NCBI RefSeq assembly: GCF_009914755.1 | Contig: NC_060930.1 | Strand: one strand, 5' to 3' | DNA from: the human T2T-CHM13v2.0 reference genome, Homo sapiens | DNA length: 64,000 nt | Part shown: one piece after another, positions 1-11,690 of the stretch | Layout: every line of letters starts with the position of its first letter | Numbering within the stretch: position 1 is the first letter of the stretch | Position numbers and translations under genes: made by a program | Notes under the pieces: model-generated | Databases searched by the model: none | Seen by the model: only the letters and a program-made list of their open reading frames with translations | What the model was told of the DNA's origin: nothing

Positions 1-385
1 GAATCCCCTTGGGCACTCTCCAATTGGATGTCCTGGGTCCTCCCAATTCTTAGTCCTTTAATAACCATTTTTCTCCTTCTTTTATTTGGACCTTGTATCT
101 TCCGTTTAGTTTCTCAGTTCATCCAAAACCGTATCCAGGCCATCGCCAATCATTCTATACTACAAATGTTTCTTCTAACAACCCCACAATATCACCCCTT
201 ACCACAAGATCTCCCTTCAGCTTAATCTTTCCCACTCTAGGTTCCCACACTGCCCCTAATCCCACTCAAAGCAGCCTGAGAAACATCGCCCATTATCTCT
301 CCATACCACCCCCCAAAAATTTCACCGTCCCAACACTTTACCACTATTTCATTTTATTTTTCTTATTAATATAAGAAGACAGGAA
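1..385 (+). mobile_element. HERV-H internal 3' end (env TM tail remnant, 3' UTR, polypurine tract)
   Basis: ORF 28..225 WVLPILSPLITIFLLLLFGPCIFRLVSQFIQNRIQAI is a gammaretroviral env membrane anchor/cytoplasmic tail; PPT aagaagacaggaa (373-385) abuts the LTR. Confidence 0.92.
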
Positions 386-783
386 TGTCAGGCCTCTGAG
401 CCCAAGCTAAGCCGTCATATCCCCTGTGACCTGCACGTACACATCCAGGTGGCCTGTTCCTGCCTTAACTGATGACATTCCACCACAAAAGAAGTGAAAA
501 TGACCTGTTTCTGCCTTAACTGATGACATTGTCTTGTGAAATTCTTCTCCTGGCTCATCCTGGCTCAAAAGCTCCCCCACTGAGTACCTTGTGACCCCCA
601 CTCCTGCCTGCCAGAGAACAGCCCCCCATTTTCCTTTGCCTACCCAAATCCTATAAAACAGCCCCACCCTATCTCCCTTCACTGACTCTTTTCGGACTCA
701 GCCCGCCTGCACCCAGGTGATTAAAAGCTTTATTGCTCACACACAGCCTGTTTGGTGGTCTTTTCACACGGATACGCATGAAA
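386..783 (+). mobile_element. LTR7 (HERV-H 3' LTR)
   Basis: Starts TGTCAGGCCTCTGAGCCCAAG, ends ...CATGAAA; duplicated cctgccttaactgatgacatt block, TATA-like ctataaaa ~651, ATTAAA poly(A) signal ~720. Confidence 0.95.
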
Positions 784-812
784 GTTAGTTTAATAAAGCT
801 GATCCTTCAGCA

Positions 813-1023
813 CGGTGCTGTTCTGTATAGCTTCCTCCAATGATGGAAATGTGGTGGTGTCAAATATGGTAGGCTCTAGTGGATGTTATCTATTGAGTAC
901 TTGAAATCTGGCTAATGTAATGAGGAGCTGAATTTTTAATATAATTTTATTTTTGTTAATTGAAATTAAAATTCATTTTGGCTACATAGAGCTGGTAGCT
1001 ACTGTATTTCACAGTAGTACAGC
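813..1023 (+). mobile_element. MER3-like hAT-Charlie MITE
   Basis: tgatggaaatgt...tgagtacttgaaatctggcta...gaggagctgaatttttaat...tagctactgtatt matches recalled MER3 consensus. Confidence 0.75.
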
Positions 1024-1189
1024 TCATAATATCCTACAAAAATAGCTCATGGGAATAATATGAATTATTTTCTAGCATATTCAATATTGTTTGTCATTAA
1101 CTGTGTACTTGATAGATTGCTCAGTTGAACACAAAATTGTCTAATCACACTTTGTTTTACTAAAAGTATTGCCAAAATCCCAACAAAAT

Positions 1190-1420
1190 TGTAAAGGATT
1201 CAGGGTGGGTAGAATTCATAGTACCCCTATCTAAGCCCTCTGTAAAAATCAACATGTCATAGTAGATGAGAGTGAAGTACCAAAACATTAACCAAGCAGT
1301 AGCTCCAATTGCAGCTACTGTGCTGTATGGTACATCTACATTGGAGCAGATCAGCACAACTTCTTTTGCTTCAAGGGTGACTGTGGTGACTGTAAATGTG
1401 TTCTTCTCAGTACCTGTAAT
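1190..1420 (+). mobile_element. ERVL-class pol (RT) fragment
   Basis: MRVKYQNINQAVAPIAATV..TLEQI..NVFFSVP aligns by eye with ERV-L RT MTVDYRKLNQVVxPIAAAV..LLEQIN..NAFFSIP. Confidence 0.75.
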
Positions 1421-1422
1421 AA

Positions 1423-1950
1423 GTATTTCACTTCCTTGGTTAGGTTTATTCCTATGCATTTTATTCTTTTTTTACATTATTGTAAATGGGATTGTTTTCT
1501 TAATTTCCTTTTTGGATTTTTGTGTCCTGTAACTTTACTGAATTCATTGTGTTCTAACAGTTCTTTTGTGGAATCTTTAGAGTTTTCTACATATGAAATC
1601 ATGTCACTTGTATACAGAAATAACTTCTTTCTTTCTGGTTTGGATTCCTTTGATTTCTTTTTGTTGTCTAATTTCTTTGGCTAGGAAGTCTAGTCCTTTC
1701 AGGAGTACAAGTGATGAGAGTGGTTATTCTTATCTTGTTCCTGATCTTAGAGAAGATTCTTTATCTTAGAGAAGATTCTATTCTTGTCTTGTTCCTGATC
1801 TTAGAGAAAAAGCTTTCACATTTTCACTGTTGATTATGATGTTAGCTGTGGCATAGTCACATTTTGTCTTTATTATATTGATGTATATTTTTTCTGTACC
1901 TAGTTTATTGAGCATTTTCATTACAGAAAGGTATAAAATGTTCCCAACTT
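1423..1950 (-). mobile_element. L1M ORF2 fragment, inverted 5' portion
   Basis: Antisense L1 ORF2 sequence (ttcacttccttggttaggtttattcct...cttgtcttgttcctgatcttagagaaaaagctttca). Confidence 0.85.
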
Positions 1951-1964
1951 TTATCCTTCATTCT

Positions 1965-3610
1965 GTTTAATATTGTTAAAATGTCTATACCACGCAAAGT
2001 GATCTACAGATTGAGTGCTATCCCCATCAAAATCCCAATGGCATTTCTTTTTACAGAAATAGAAAAAAATTCTTTTTTTTTCTATTTCTGTAAAGATAAT
2101 ATGGAAGCATGAAGCACAAAAGACCCAGAAGAGCCAGAGAAATTTTGAGAAAGCAGAATAAAACTGTGGCATCACACATTCTGGTTTTAAAATATATTAC
2201 AAAGCTACAGTAACCATAACAGTATGGTACTGACATTGAGACAAACATATAGACCAATGGAGCAGAATAGAGAGCCCAGAAATAAGCCCACACATATATA
2301 ATAAACTTGTGTTCCACAAAGATGCCAAAAGCAAGCAATGGGGAAAAATGGTTTTTAAAAAGTGAATGGTATCAGAAAAACTGGATATCCACACACACAC
2401 AAATAGAAATTAAATACCCTATCTTCCATGAAACACACACACACAAAGGCAAAATGGTTAAAGACTTAAATGTAAGACTTGAAACTACACAATTCCTAGA
2501 AGAAAGCATAAGAGTAAAGCTTCTTGGCATTAATTTATCGGATATGGCCCCAAAATCACAAGCAACAAAAGCAAAAATATTTATGTGATGTTGTGGAAAT
2601 ATATCACATAAGAAAGCTTCTGCACAGCAAAAGAAATAATAGAATGAAAAAGCAACCTTGGGAATGGGAGAAAATATTTGCAAACCATGTATTTGATAAG
2701 GGATTAGTTTCCAAAATACATAAGGAATTCCTATAACTCAACAGCAAGAAAACAAATAACCCAATTTAAAAATAGGCAAAATAGGCAAAGAACTTGAATA
2801 GGCATTTCCCCAAAAACATAAAAATAATCAACAACTATTGAAACGCTGCTCAACATTAACTATCAGGAAAATGCAAACCAAAACTGCAATGAAATATCAC
2901 CTAATACTTGGTAGGTTGGCTATAATCAGAAAAAGAAAAGATACTAAGTGTGAAGATATGGAGAAATTGGAACCTGTATACTATTGTACACTGTTCTGGA
3001 AATGTAAAATGACACAGCAGTTATGGAAAACAGTATGGTGGCTCCTCAAAAAATTTAAAAAATAGAACTATTTGCCGGGCGCGGTGGCTCATACCTGTAA
3101 TCCCAGCACTTTGGGAGGCTGAGGCAGGCGGATCATGAGGTCAAGAGATGGAGACCATCCTGACCAACATGTTGAAACCCTGTCTCCACTAAAAAATACA
3201 AAATTTAGCTGGGCGTAGTGGTGCGTGCCTGTAGTCCCAGGTACTCGGGAGGCTGAGGCAGGAGAATCACTTGAACAGGGAGGCGGAGGTTGCAGTGGGC
3301 CGAGATAGCGCCACTGCACTCCAGACTGGTGACAAAGCTAGACTCAGTCTCCCAGAAAACAAACAAACAAACAAACAAACAAAAAACCTATCATATAATC
3401 CAGCAATTCCACTTCTTAGTATATTTCCGAAGTATAGAAATAAGAATCTAGAAGAGAAAACTTCATTCTCAGGTCAATTGCAGAATTATTCACAGTGTCT
3501 AAGACATGGAGATAACCGAAAAGTATATTGACAGATACACAGATAAAGAAAATGTGGTATATACAGGCAATGGCATATTATTCAGCCTTAAAAATAAGAA
3601 AATCATTCTG
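1965..3610 (+). mobile_element. L1M (L1MA/MB-like) ORF2 3' part, interrupted by an Alu
   Basis: aatattgttaaaatg...gatctacaga...atcaaaatcccaatggc; gaaaatgtggtatatac; many stops. Confidence 0.88.
3074..3387 (+). mobile_element. Alu (AluSc-like) with (AAAC)n tail
   Basis: gccgggcgcggtggctca...gaggtcaagagatggagaccatcctg; dimeric structure. Confidence 0.95.
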
Positions 3611-3639
3611 TTATTGGTTCCACGTGTAAAAAAATTGAA

Positions 3640-4010
3640 AGTTAATTATAAAGATTAAAAAATAGAGAGAGATATATTATGCTAATCCTAATCAAAGGAA
3701 ACTAGGAATAGCTATATTAATTTCAAACAAAGCAGACTTTAAAGCAAGGAAAGTGATCAGGGATAAAGATGGTCATAACATAATGTTATGGGTCAATTCT
3801 CCAAAAAGATATAAAAATTATTATCATGTATGTGCCCAACAATAGAGCATTAAAATATGTGAGGCAAAAACTGGTGGAAGTGCAAAGAGAAATAGATAAA
3901 TACAACATTATAGGTGGAGACTTCAACAATCCTTTTTCAGAAATGGACACATCGAGTAGACAGATAATTACGAAGGATATAGCTGAACTCAAGAATATCT
4001 TCACAATCTG
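3640..4010 (+). mobile_element. Old L1M endonuclease-domain fragment
   Basis: YVPNNRALKYVRQKLVEVQREID..IIGGDFNNPFSEMD matches L1 EN motifs YAPN and GDFN. Confidence 0.85.
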
Positions 4011-4310
4011 TGTACTTTAAATTTCCTTTTTTTTTTGTCTCATTACATTAGTTGGGACTTGTAGTACAATGTTGAAATGAAGGGGTATAAGGGGGAATCC
4101 TTGCCTTGTTTCTGATATTAGTGGAAAATTTTGAGTTTCTCACCATTAAGTGTGATGTTAGCAGTAGGTTTTTATACATATTCTTAATCAAGTTTGTGGA
4201 AGTTTCTCTCTGTTTCTATTTTAATGAGAGTTTGTTATTATGAATGCGTGGTGGATTTTGTCAAATGCTTTTTCTGCCTCTGTTGATATGATCATGTAAT
4301 TTTTCTTCAG
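4010..4310 (-). mobile_element. L1M RT-region fragment, antisense
   Basis: ccttgccttgtttctgat...gattttgtcaaatgctttttctgcctctgttgatatgatcatg (antisense of the MIISxDAEKAFDKI region). Confidence 0.85.
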
Positions 4311-5382
4311 AGACTTGGGAACCTTCACCTAGATTTCGGAAGATGTATGGAAATGCCTAGATGTCCAGGTAAAAGTTTGCTACAGGGGCAGCGCCCTCAT
4401 CGAGAACCTCTGCTAGGCCAGTGCAGAGGGGAAATGTGGGGTTGGAGTCCCCACATAGAGTCTCTACTGGGGCACCACCTGGTGGAGCTGTGTGAAGAGG
4501 TCCATCGTCCTCCAGACCCCAGAATAGTAGATCCACCGACAGCTTGCACCATGCACTGGGAAAAGCTGCAGACACTCAATACTAGCCCATGAAAGCAGCC
4601 GGGAATGGTGTTACACCCAGGGGCAGAGCTGCCCAAGACTATGGGAACCTACGTCTTGCATCAGCATGACCTGGATGTGAGACCTGGAGTCAAAGGAGAT
4701 CATTTTGGAGTTTTAAAATTTGACTGCCCTGCTGGATTCTGGACCTGCATGGGTCCTGTAACCCCTTTGTTTTGGCCAATTTATCCCATTTGGATTGGTT
4801 GTATTTACCCAATACCTGTATCTCCATTGTATCTAGGAAGTATTTAGCTTGCTTTTGATTTTACAGACTCATAGGTGGAAGGGACTTGACTTGTCTCAGA
4901 TGAGACCTTGGACTGTGGACTTTTGGGTTAATGCTAAAATAAGTTAAGACTTCAGGGGACTATTGGGAAGGCATGATTGGTTTTGAAATGTGAGGACATG
5001 CGATTTGGAGGGGCAAGGGGTGGAAAGACATGCTTTGGTTCTGTTTCCCCACCTAAATCTCATCTTGAATTGTACTCCCATAATTCCCACATACTTGTGG
5101 GAGGGACCCGGTAGGAGATAGTTTGAACCATGGGGGCGGTTTCTCCCATACCGTTCTTGTGGTAGTGAATGAGTCTCACAATATCTGATGGTTTTGTCAG
5201 GGGTTTCCACTTTTGCATCTTTCTCATTTTTCTCTTGCCACCACCATGTAAGAAGTGCCTTTCACCTCCTGCCATGATTCTGAGGCCTCTCCAGCCATGT
5301 GGAACTGTAAGTTCAAGTAAACCTCTTTTTCTTCCCAGTCTCAGGTATGTTTTTATCAGCAGCATGAAAATGGACTAATACA
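4311..5382 (+). mobile_element. 5'-truncated THE1A MaLR: internal 3' part plus 3' LTR (5026-5382)
   Basis: THE1-int sequence, PPT-like ggggcaaggggtggaa, LTR with THE1A-type caggggtttccacttttgc, ends ggactaataca. Confidence 0.9.
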
Positions 5383-6715
5383 AGTGAAGAGGCAAAAGGC
5401 CAGTAGAGCTTTGTATATCCCTCCAGAGGGTGTCTACTACAGAGAAACCTCTGCAACTAGGTAGAAAGTATGACTTGTCCTGTGAAATTCAACCAGTCTC
5501 TTTCCTTACTCACATCATTGTTTTCACAAGGGGCTCATGAACAAAGTTACCATAATGGTGGAGATGGATGCTCTTTGCGATCCAGACAGTATGGGCTTCT
5601 CGTTAAGGCTGATTTATTTACTGAAAATCCTAAATAATTACCTATTGAGGAAAGAGACATCTTGCCCTCAGTTTGACACTATTTCTAAAGGAGATCACTC
5701 AGTAAGTTGGTGGGGAGGGTATATATATATATACACACACACATATGATTTCTATCCTGGGGAAGGTAGTAATTCACTCCTTGCTGGAATATACAGCTAT
5801 TACAAATATGAGTGTGACTTCCCTAATTACAATGCTTGGTCTATTCAATTTACAGGATACCTGATCTATGAGCTTGATATCCCCTACAATATTGTCTCAG
5901 ATCAACTGGCTCATTTCGGAGGGAGTCTACAGTGAAAATGAGGACAGAAGAAAACATGATCAATTGTCTTACCACATACTTTATTGCACAGATGCATCTA
6001 ACTAAATCCTAAAATAATGTTGAAATGCCCAATTATGATGCAGTAGATGCACTGAGTAAACAACTAACATATTACAGTGTTGTGTTTCTAATAGAATGCA
6101 CAGGTCCAGAAACAAACTGGTTACTTTCATAGAGCTTTATGTACTAATGCTCTCATCCCACCCCCAAACTTGGGGTCTTTCAGGTTAGTGGTCCTAGTTC
6201 CCAGGGCCATTAGAGTCCTATGAGGGTAAAGAGAAAAATCTTCCACTACACTTGAAACTGTAATTTCCTCTTGATAATTATGGGTTACTCATGACTATGG
6301 ACCAACATTTTAAAATTTCTGTGTGGTGGGGAAGGGGAAATCTACTCGGATCATTACGACAAACTAGCATTGCTTTTATATGTTGATTTGTGAAACAGTA
6401 TGCATGAGACCCATAGAATTTACTAGGCACTTCTGTACCCAGTAATAATGGTGACTGGGCAGTTAACACAGCCTAACAAGGGCATGGTGACTTAGGGTCC
6501 AAAGTAGTTGAAGTGCCGACTGAGGATGAAGGAAACCTAGAATAAGTGGAGAAGTGAAATTTTTGAGAAAGATTTGTGCCCTTGAGAAGAGGTGAGAATT
6601 GTAGCTTATTTCAATAACTATACTATATTAAGTCTTTGCAGAGACTGCAGCTACTTACCTCCCTGAAAGAGACTAGAATTACATGAGAAATTCTGAGTGG
6701 TGCAAAGAGTGGATT
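5383..6715 (+). mobile_element. ERVL-class internal (integrase and 3' region; ERV3-16A3-like)
   Basis: PQFDTISKGDHSVSWW / LLAGIYSYYKYECDFP / YLIYELDIPYNIVSDQLAHF resemble ERV-L IN PRYGTIPRGDQPATWW / VLTGIDTYSGYGFAYP / CLIHRHGIPHSIASDQGTHF. Confidence 0.8.
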
Positions 6716-7264
6716 ATTAATATCTCATATGCACATTAAAGTTTCTATTGGAATAACTAATTATTTTTTCCACTACTGTGGAAATCAGTTTCATGCAAAT
6801 TCTCACCAGGATCACGGTTACAACCTGACCTGACCATGGTCTCACTTAAGTCTTGTTTTTCCACTCTTCTTGCTTGCTCCCCCAGAAATTAATAGTTGAC
6901 ATCAGAGGGGAGGATACCTTGGGAATGAGTTAAGAACTCAAGCATGTGCAACCTAGAAGTTTCAGGGACTTAATGCCCTGTGGAGTAAACCTGTGATTAA
7001 TAAGGAAGAAGAGTTAATGGTTAAATACTTTCTCCTTTTTTTTTCTGGGACAGAGGATCATAGTTCCTCAAATGGCCGCAAGTCACTGAGCAAATAGACA
7101 CCCCAGCAGTGGCCAACTAAATAACCTGTCTTTGTATTGGCTCTCAGTTCTTCCTATTTTGTTCTCCTGTCCCATTCATGCACTTTGAGCAATAAGTCTT
7201 GGTAAAACCCTTACATTTAACCATGTGTTTTAGGCTCTGATTTCTGGGAACCCCGGTACAGACA
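6716..7264 (+). mobile_element. LTR16-family LTR (3' LTR of the ERVL above)
   Basis: gtgcaacctagaagtttcagggacttaatgccc and terminal aggctctgatttctgggaacccc...gaca resemble LTR16; preceded by PPT-like gtggtgcaaagagtgga. Confidence 0.65.
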
Positions 7265-7572
7265 TATATTAACAAGGATGTTAATTATATCAGTGTTCTT
7301 AACAGTGGAAAAAGTTAGAAACAAGTAGCAGTAGGGGCAAAATTGAATGAAATTCAGAGTGCCTTAATTATGAAATGTTATTCAACACCTCAAAAGACTA
7401 AGTTAAATCTTCATGAATCAGAAGACAAATAGAAATGATAGAAAAACAGGTTAGTGTGGTTCAATTGTCATTTTAATACCAAATCAAAGTGTATACTTGT
7501 GCATATGTTATTGTACACAATTTTATAATGGGAAAACACAAGGAAAGTAAACCAGCAGATTATTTTTGGAGA

Positions 7573-8490
7573 ATTTTTAAATTATATATTGACAAATTAT
7601 AGTTGTATACATTTATGGGATACAGAGTGGTATTATTATTTTTAATACAATGTGGAATAATTAAATTAGTCTAATTAACATATCAATCACCTCAGATACT
7701 TAACATTACTTGTGATGAGAACGTTACAAATTTACTTTGATATTGAAATGTACAGTAATTATTATCTGTGATCAGCATATTGTGCTATTGATTTATAAAC
7801 ATCAGATGTATTCCTCCTATCTAACTAAGGCTTGATATTTTTGACTATTATTTGCCCATTTCTCTCATTCCCAGCCTCTGGTAACCACCATTTTACTCTC
7901 TGCTTCTGTAATTTCAGTTGTTTTAGATTTTACATGTAAGTGAGAACATGTGGTATTTGTCTTTCTGTGTTTGGCTTATTTCACTTAGCATAATATTTTC
8001 CAATTCCATCTATCTTGATGCAAATGACAGAATCTCTTCATTTTCAAGACTGAATAGTATTTCATTATACATATATGCCACATTTTCTTTATCCATTTAC
8101 CCTTGGATAGACATTTGGTTTGATGTCATTACTTGGTTATTGTGGGTACTATGGGGGTGCTGATATCTCTTTGACATACTGATTTTAACTCTTTTGAGTA
8201 AATACCCAGAAGCAGAATTGCTGGATCATATGGTAATTCTATTTTTAGTTTTTCTGAGGAATCTCCATACTATTTACCATAATGGTTGTAGTAATTTACA
8301 TTCCCATCAACAAGATACAAAGATCCCCATTTCTTCACATCCTTGCCAACACTTGTTTACTTGTCTTCTTGGTAATAGCCATTCTAACAGGTGTAAAGTG
8401 ATGTCTTCTGGTGGTTTAAATTTGCATCTCCCCAATAATTAGTGACATTGAGCATTTTATTTATCTGTTAACCATTGACATGTCTTTTTT
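7573..8490 (-). mobile_element. L1MA-type 3' end
   Basis: Antisense L1 3' UTR and ORF2 end (gaattgctggatcatatggtaattctatttttagttttctgaggaatctccatact). Confidence 0.9.
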
Positions 8491-9554
8491 GTTAGAAAAG
8501 ACAATAGGTTTTTGACATTTATTATTTCAGGAGATGAAATGGAGAATCATTAACTTTCTTTATATTCATTCTCAAATTTATTTGTTGTAAAAATAAATAA
8601 AGTAATAATTTAGAATTTGAATGTAAAACAGAAGAAATAGTTGTGCCATTCTCCCGATCATTTTTATAAGAATGAACTTATCACTGAAGTTTGCAAGACA
8701 GTCATTGGAAGAAATGTATCACATGGGAACAAAAGCATAACTAAAATTGTCTGAAGAGAAAATGAGAGGTGGGGATTTTTTTAAAAAACTAATGTAGTCT
8801 ATGCTTTTGAGGAATTTCTGCTATAAAGAACAGTTGACATGTAGTGCAATTAAAGTGAGAAGAAGATAAATTCAAGGAAGAGAATCATTAAACTATTAAA
8901 ATAAGAATTAATTTGCATTTTCACAGGTAGATTCTTGGTGAGGTAAGAAACTGATGATATAAGAGAGAGGAGAGAATTCCTTGAGGAAATCATTGAGCAT
9001 CTAGTGTAAGAAAAGTGGTGCTAACCTTCAGCAGGTGTGTGGTCAGGAGGGAAGGGAGACCGTCAAAGAACAGATGCAGATGGATTCATACAGTTAGCAT
9101 TGCTTAGGTCGGTCACTTTACTAGTGAAATAGAAAATAAAGACATCATTCAAAAGTTGGGAGCGTGGAAATGGAGATGGAATTTTGAGGAAAGATGAAGA
9201 AATGTGGAATTTATAAAAGTAAGAGACAATTGACTAGGAGGAAAAGAAAGGATTGCTAAGCAGTGCTTAGCTTGAAGAATTTGGTTGTAATTTAATATCA
9301 GTCCTTAGAATCCACATAGGTTTATTTTTCCAGCATGGTCATCTATCTGCGTGGATCTAGATCAAAAAATAGTGCTATGGTTGGATGTTTATCCCCTCCA
9401 AATCTCATATTGAAATTGCATCCCCAACGTTGGTGGTGGGGCCTATTGGAAGGGGCTTGGGTCATGGGAGTGGATTCCTCATGCACACATTAATGCCCTC
9501 CCTGGAGGTGAGTGAATTCTCACTTTATTAGTTCCTGAAAGAACTGGTTGAAAA

Positions 9555-9754
9555 TTATTCTTCATCTCCTCTTCCTCCTTCTTCTCCTTTTCCTCCACCT
9601 CAGCCTCCTCCTTCTCCTCCCCTTCCTCCTCCAACTTCTTCATCTCCTTTTTCTCCTGTAGTTTTTCTTCCTTCTCTCTTTCTTCTCCTCCTCCTCTCCT
9701 TCACTAAATAACTGAAATAAAATTTAGACCAGATTCTATTAAAAAAAAAAAAAA
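9555..9754 (+). repeat. CT-rich low-complexity tract followed by AATAAA and A14
   Basis: (CTC/CTT)n-like 9560-9702, AATAAA 9716-9721, A run 9741-9754. Confidence 0.8.
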
Positions 9755-9759
9755 GCCTG

Positions 9760-9940
9760 TGATAACTCGGTTGAATAGTAGTTCAACTCTTAGTTCTCGG
9801 AGAAATCTTCCAACTGCTTTCCACAACGGCTGACCTGGGCAATATATTTATTTGTACTCAGAACTTCAGCATCATGCAATAAACCTTTGTATTAAACTTG
9901 CATATATACCCCTGATTCTAAAATAAATGTTGAAAAAAAA
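9760..9940 (+). mobile_element. Short L1PB-like insertion with inverted 5' part
   Basis: Antisense tagttctcggagaaatcttccaactgctttccaca, then sense 3' end ...cctgattctaaaataaatgttgaaaa; flanked by agcctg repeats. Confidence 0.7.
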
Positions 9941-11259
9941 GAGCCTGGCACCTCCCCACCCCCATTTGCTTCCTTTCTCACTATGTGGCTTCTGCACATT
10001 CTATTCCCCTTCACCTTCTGCCATGAGGGGAAACAGCCTGAAGTCCTCACCAGATACAGATGCCCAATCTCAAACTTTCCAGTAATCAGAATTATAAGCC
10101 AAACAAACCATTTTAATTTATAAATCACCTATTCCAGGTGTTTTTTAGAACAACACAAAATGGACTACGACAGGTGCAGTTTGGTTATGCAAATAAAATA
10201 AATAATAAGCTAAAATATAAGATTTAGCACTCAATTACATAGTTGAGCCACTTTCTTTCTATTGTATTGTTATTAATAGTTTCCCTTACTTTCTACTATA
10301 ATAATCTTTGTGTAGCAGAAATGATGAGAGGTGCTACTTGTTGGTGCAATGGCTTCTAAGTGTCTGTCAGGTTCCTCTGCCCAGGAATGCCTTCCATGAT
10401 GCTAGGAGATATTGCATAATCTGTGCAGATTTGATTTAATGATAAATATCTTTGAGGCTAAGTCCTGCCTGGTAAGCCTAACTTCATAATGTGAGAATGC
10501 CACCGTGATTTTTCACTGCTCATTACCAATTTCCTGTAGTCAAGGAACCTTTTATCTTTAGGCTCCTGTAGCTCAGCAAGATGGGATAAAAGTTTATTTT
10601 CTCCTCACTATATGTGGTTTATATTAATTAATTAAGCATTTTCTTAACACAGTGTTTGAGAATTCCCCATGGCATTAGTAGAAACAAATTTTTTTAATAT
10701 AAAATGGTATCATGTATGATGAATATTCTTTTTTATTAATTGCTTAACTCCAGGAGAAAACCATTTTTTTTCATAAACAGTAGGATAAGGGTTTACTACA
10801 ATTGTTAGAATTTTACATCTATCTTAAGTTGTGATGAAATACATAATGTTGCATCCAATAAATTAGATTTATTTGACGTATATGTTCACAGTAGTTTCTA
10901 TTTTTGGCTGTTTCTGTAAGATAGTATATATGTAAATATATACACACACTAAATAATGTCTAACTAGAACATAACTTAAAAATAATTTATTCTGCTACTG
11001 TTCATCATTTATAATAGAGTAAATTTGAGGAAAAATTTGCCTGTTGACTTTTTTTACCTCTTGTTATAACAAATTTCAGAAAGAAAGGATTTTTGGTTTA
11101 ATAAGATATAGTCCTAGAGATCTTGAAATATTGAATATGAACAAAGCAACAAAAAGTACATTTTAAATTTCTTTACTGAGAATTTCATATTAAGTATAGT
11201 CTTTCCATAATGTAACCTAGGGAACACACATCACCACAATAATTAAATACAGTCTTTTC

Positions 11260-11690
11260 TTAAATTCTGGTAAAATATGTACATATAAAGAAATTTACTA
11301 TTTTAGTGATTTTTCTAGTGTACAATTCAGTGGCATTAAATACATTCACATTCTTGTTCGATCATAATCACCATCCATCTCCAGAACATTTTCATTTTCA
11401 AAAATCAAAACTCTACCTGTTAAACAATAACTCCCCACTCTAACTTTTCCTCAGCTCCCGGCAGCTACCATTCTATTTTCCAACTCTATGAATTTGACTG
11501 TTATAGTGATCTCATGTAAGTAGAATTATACAGTATTTTTCCTTTAGTTACTAGCTTGTTGCACTTAGCTTAATGTCTTCAAGATTCGCCCATGTTATAA
11601 CTTTTGTCAGAATTTCCATTATTTTTAAGGTTGAATAATATTTCATTGTATGTATATACCAGATTTTGCTTATTAAATCTTCTGTCTTCG
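11260..11690 (-). mobile_element. L1MB 3' end
   Basis: gtgtacaattcagtggcattaaatacattcaca...ccatccatctccagaac...tctatgaatttgact. Confidence 0.85.

Larger units (their letters stand above)
9373..10172 (+). mobile_element. MSTB-like MaLR solo LTR, split by inserts at 9555-9940
   Basis: Starts tgctatggttggatg...ccaaatctcatattgaaatt; resumes at gagcctggcacctc; ends aaatggactacgaca. Confidence 0.8.

Noticed and set aside
28-225. Possible functional env gene
   Set aside because: Only the C-terminal TM tail is in the window; integrity cannot be judged and most HERV-H env genes are deleted
10319-10476. Possible exon (tagcag acceptor, CTG|gtaagc donor)
   Set aside because: Weak polypyrimidine tract and no supporting evidence; expected by chance
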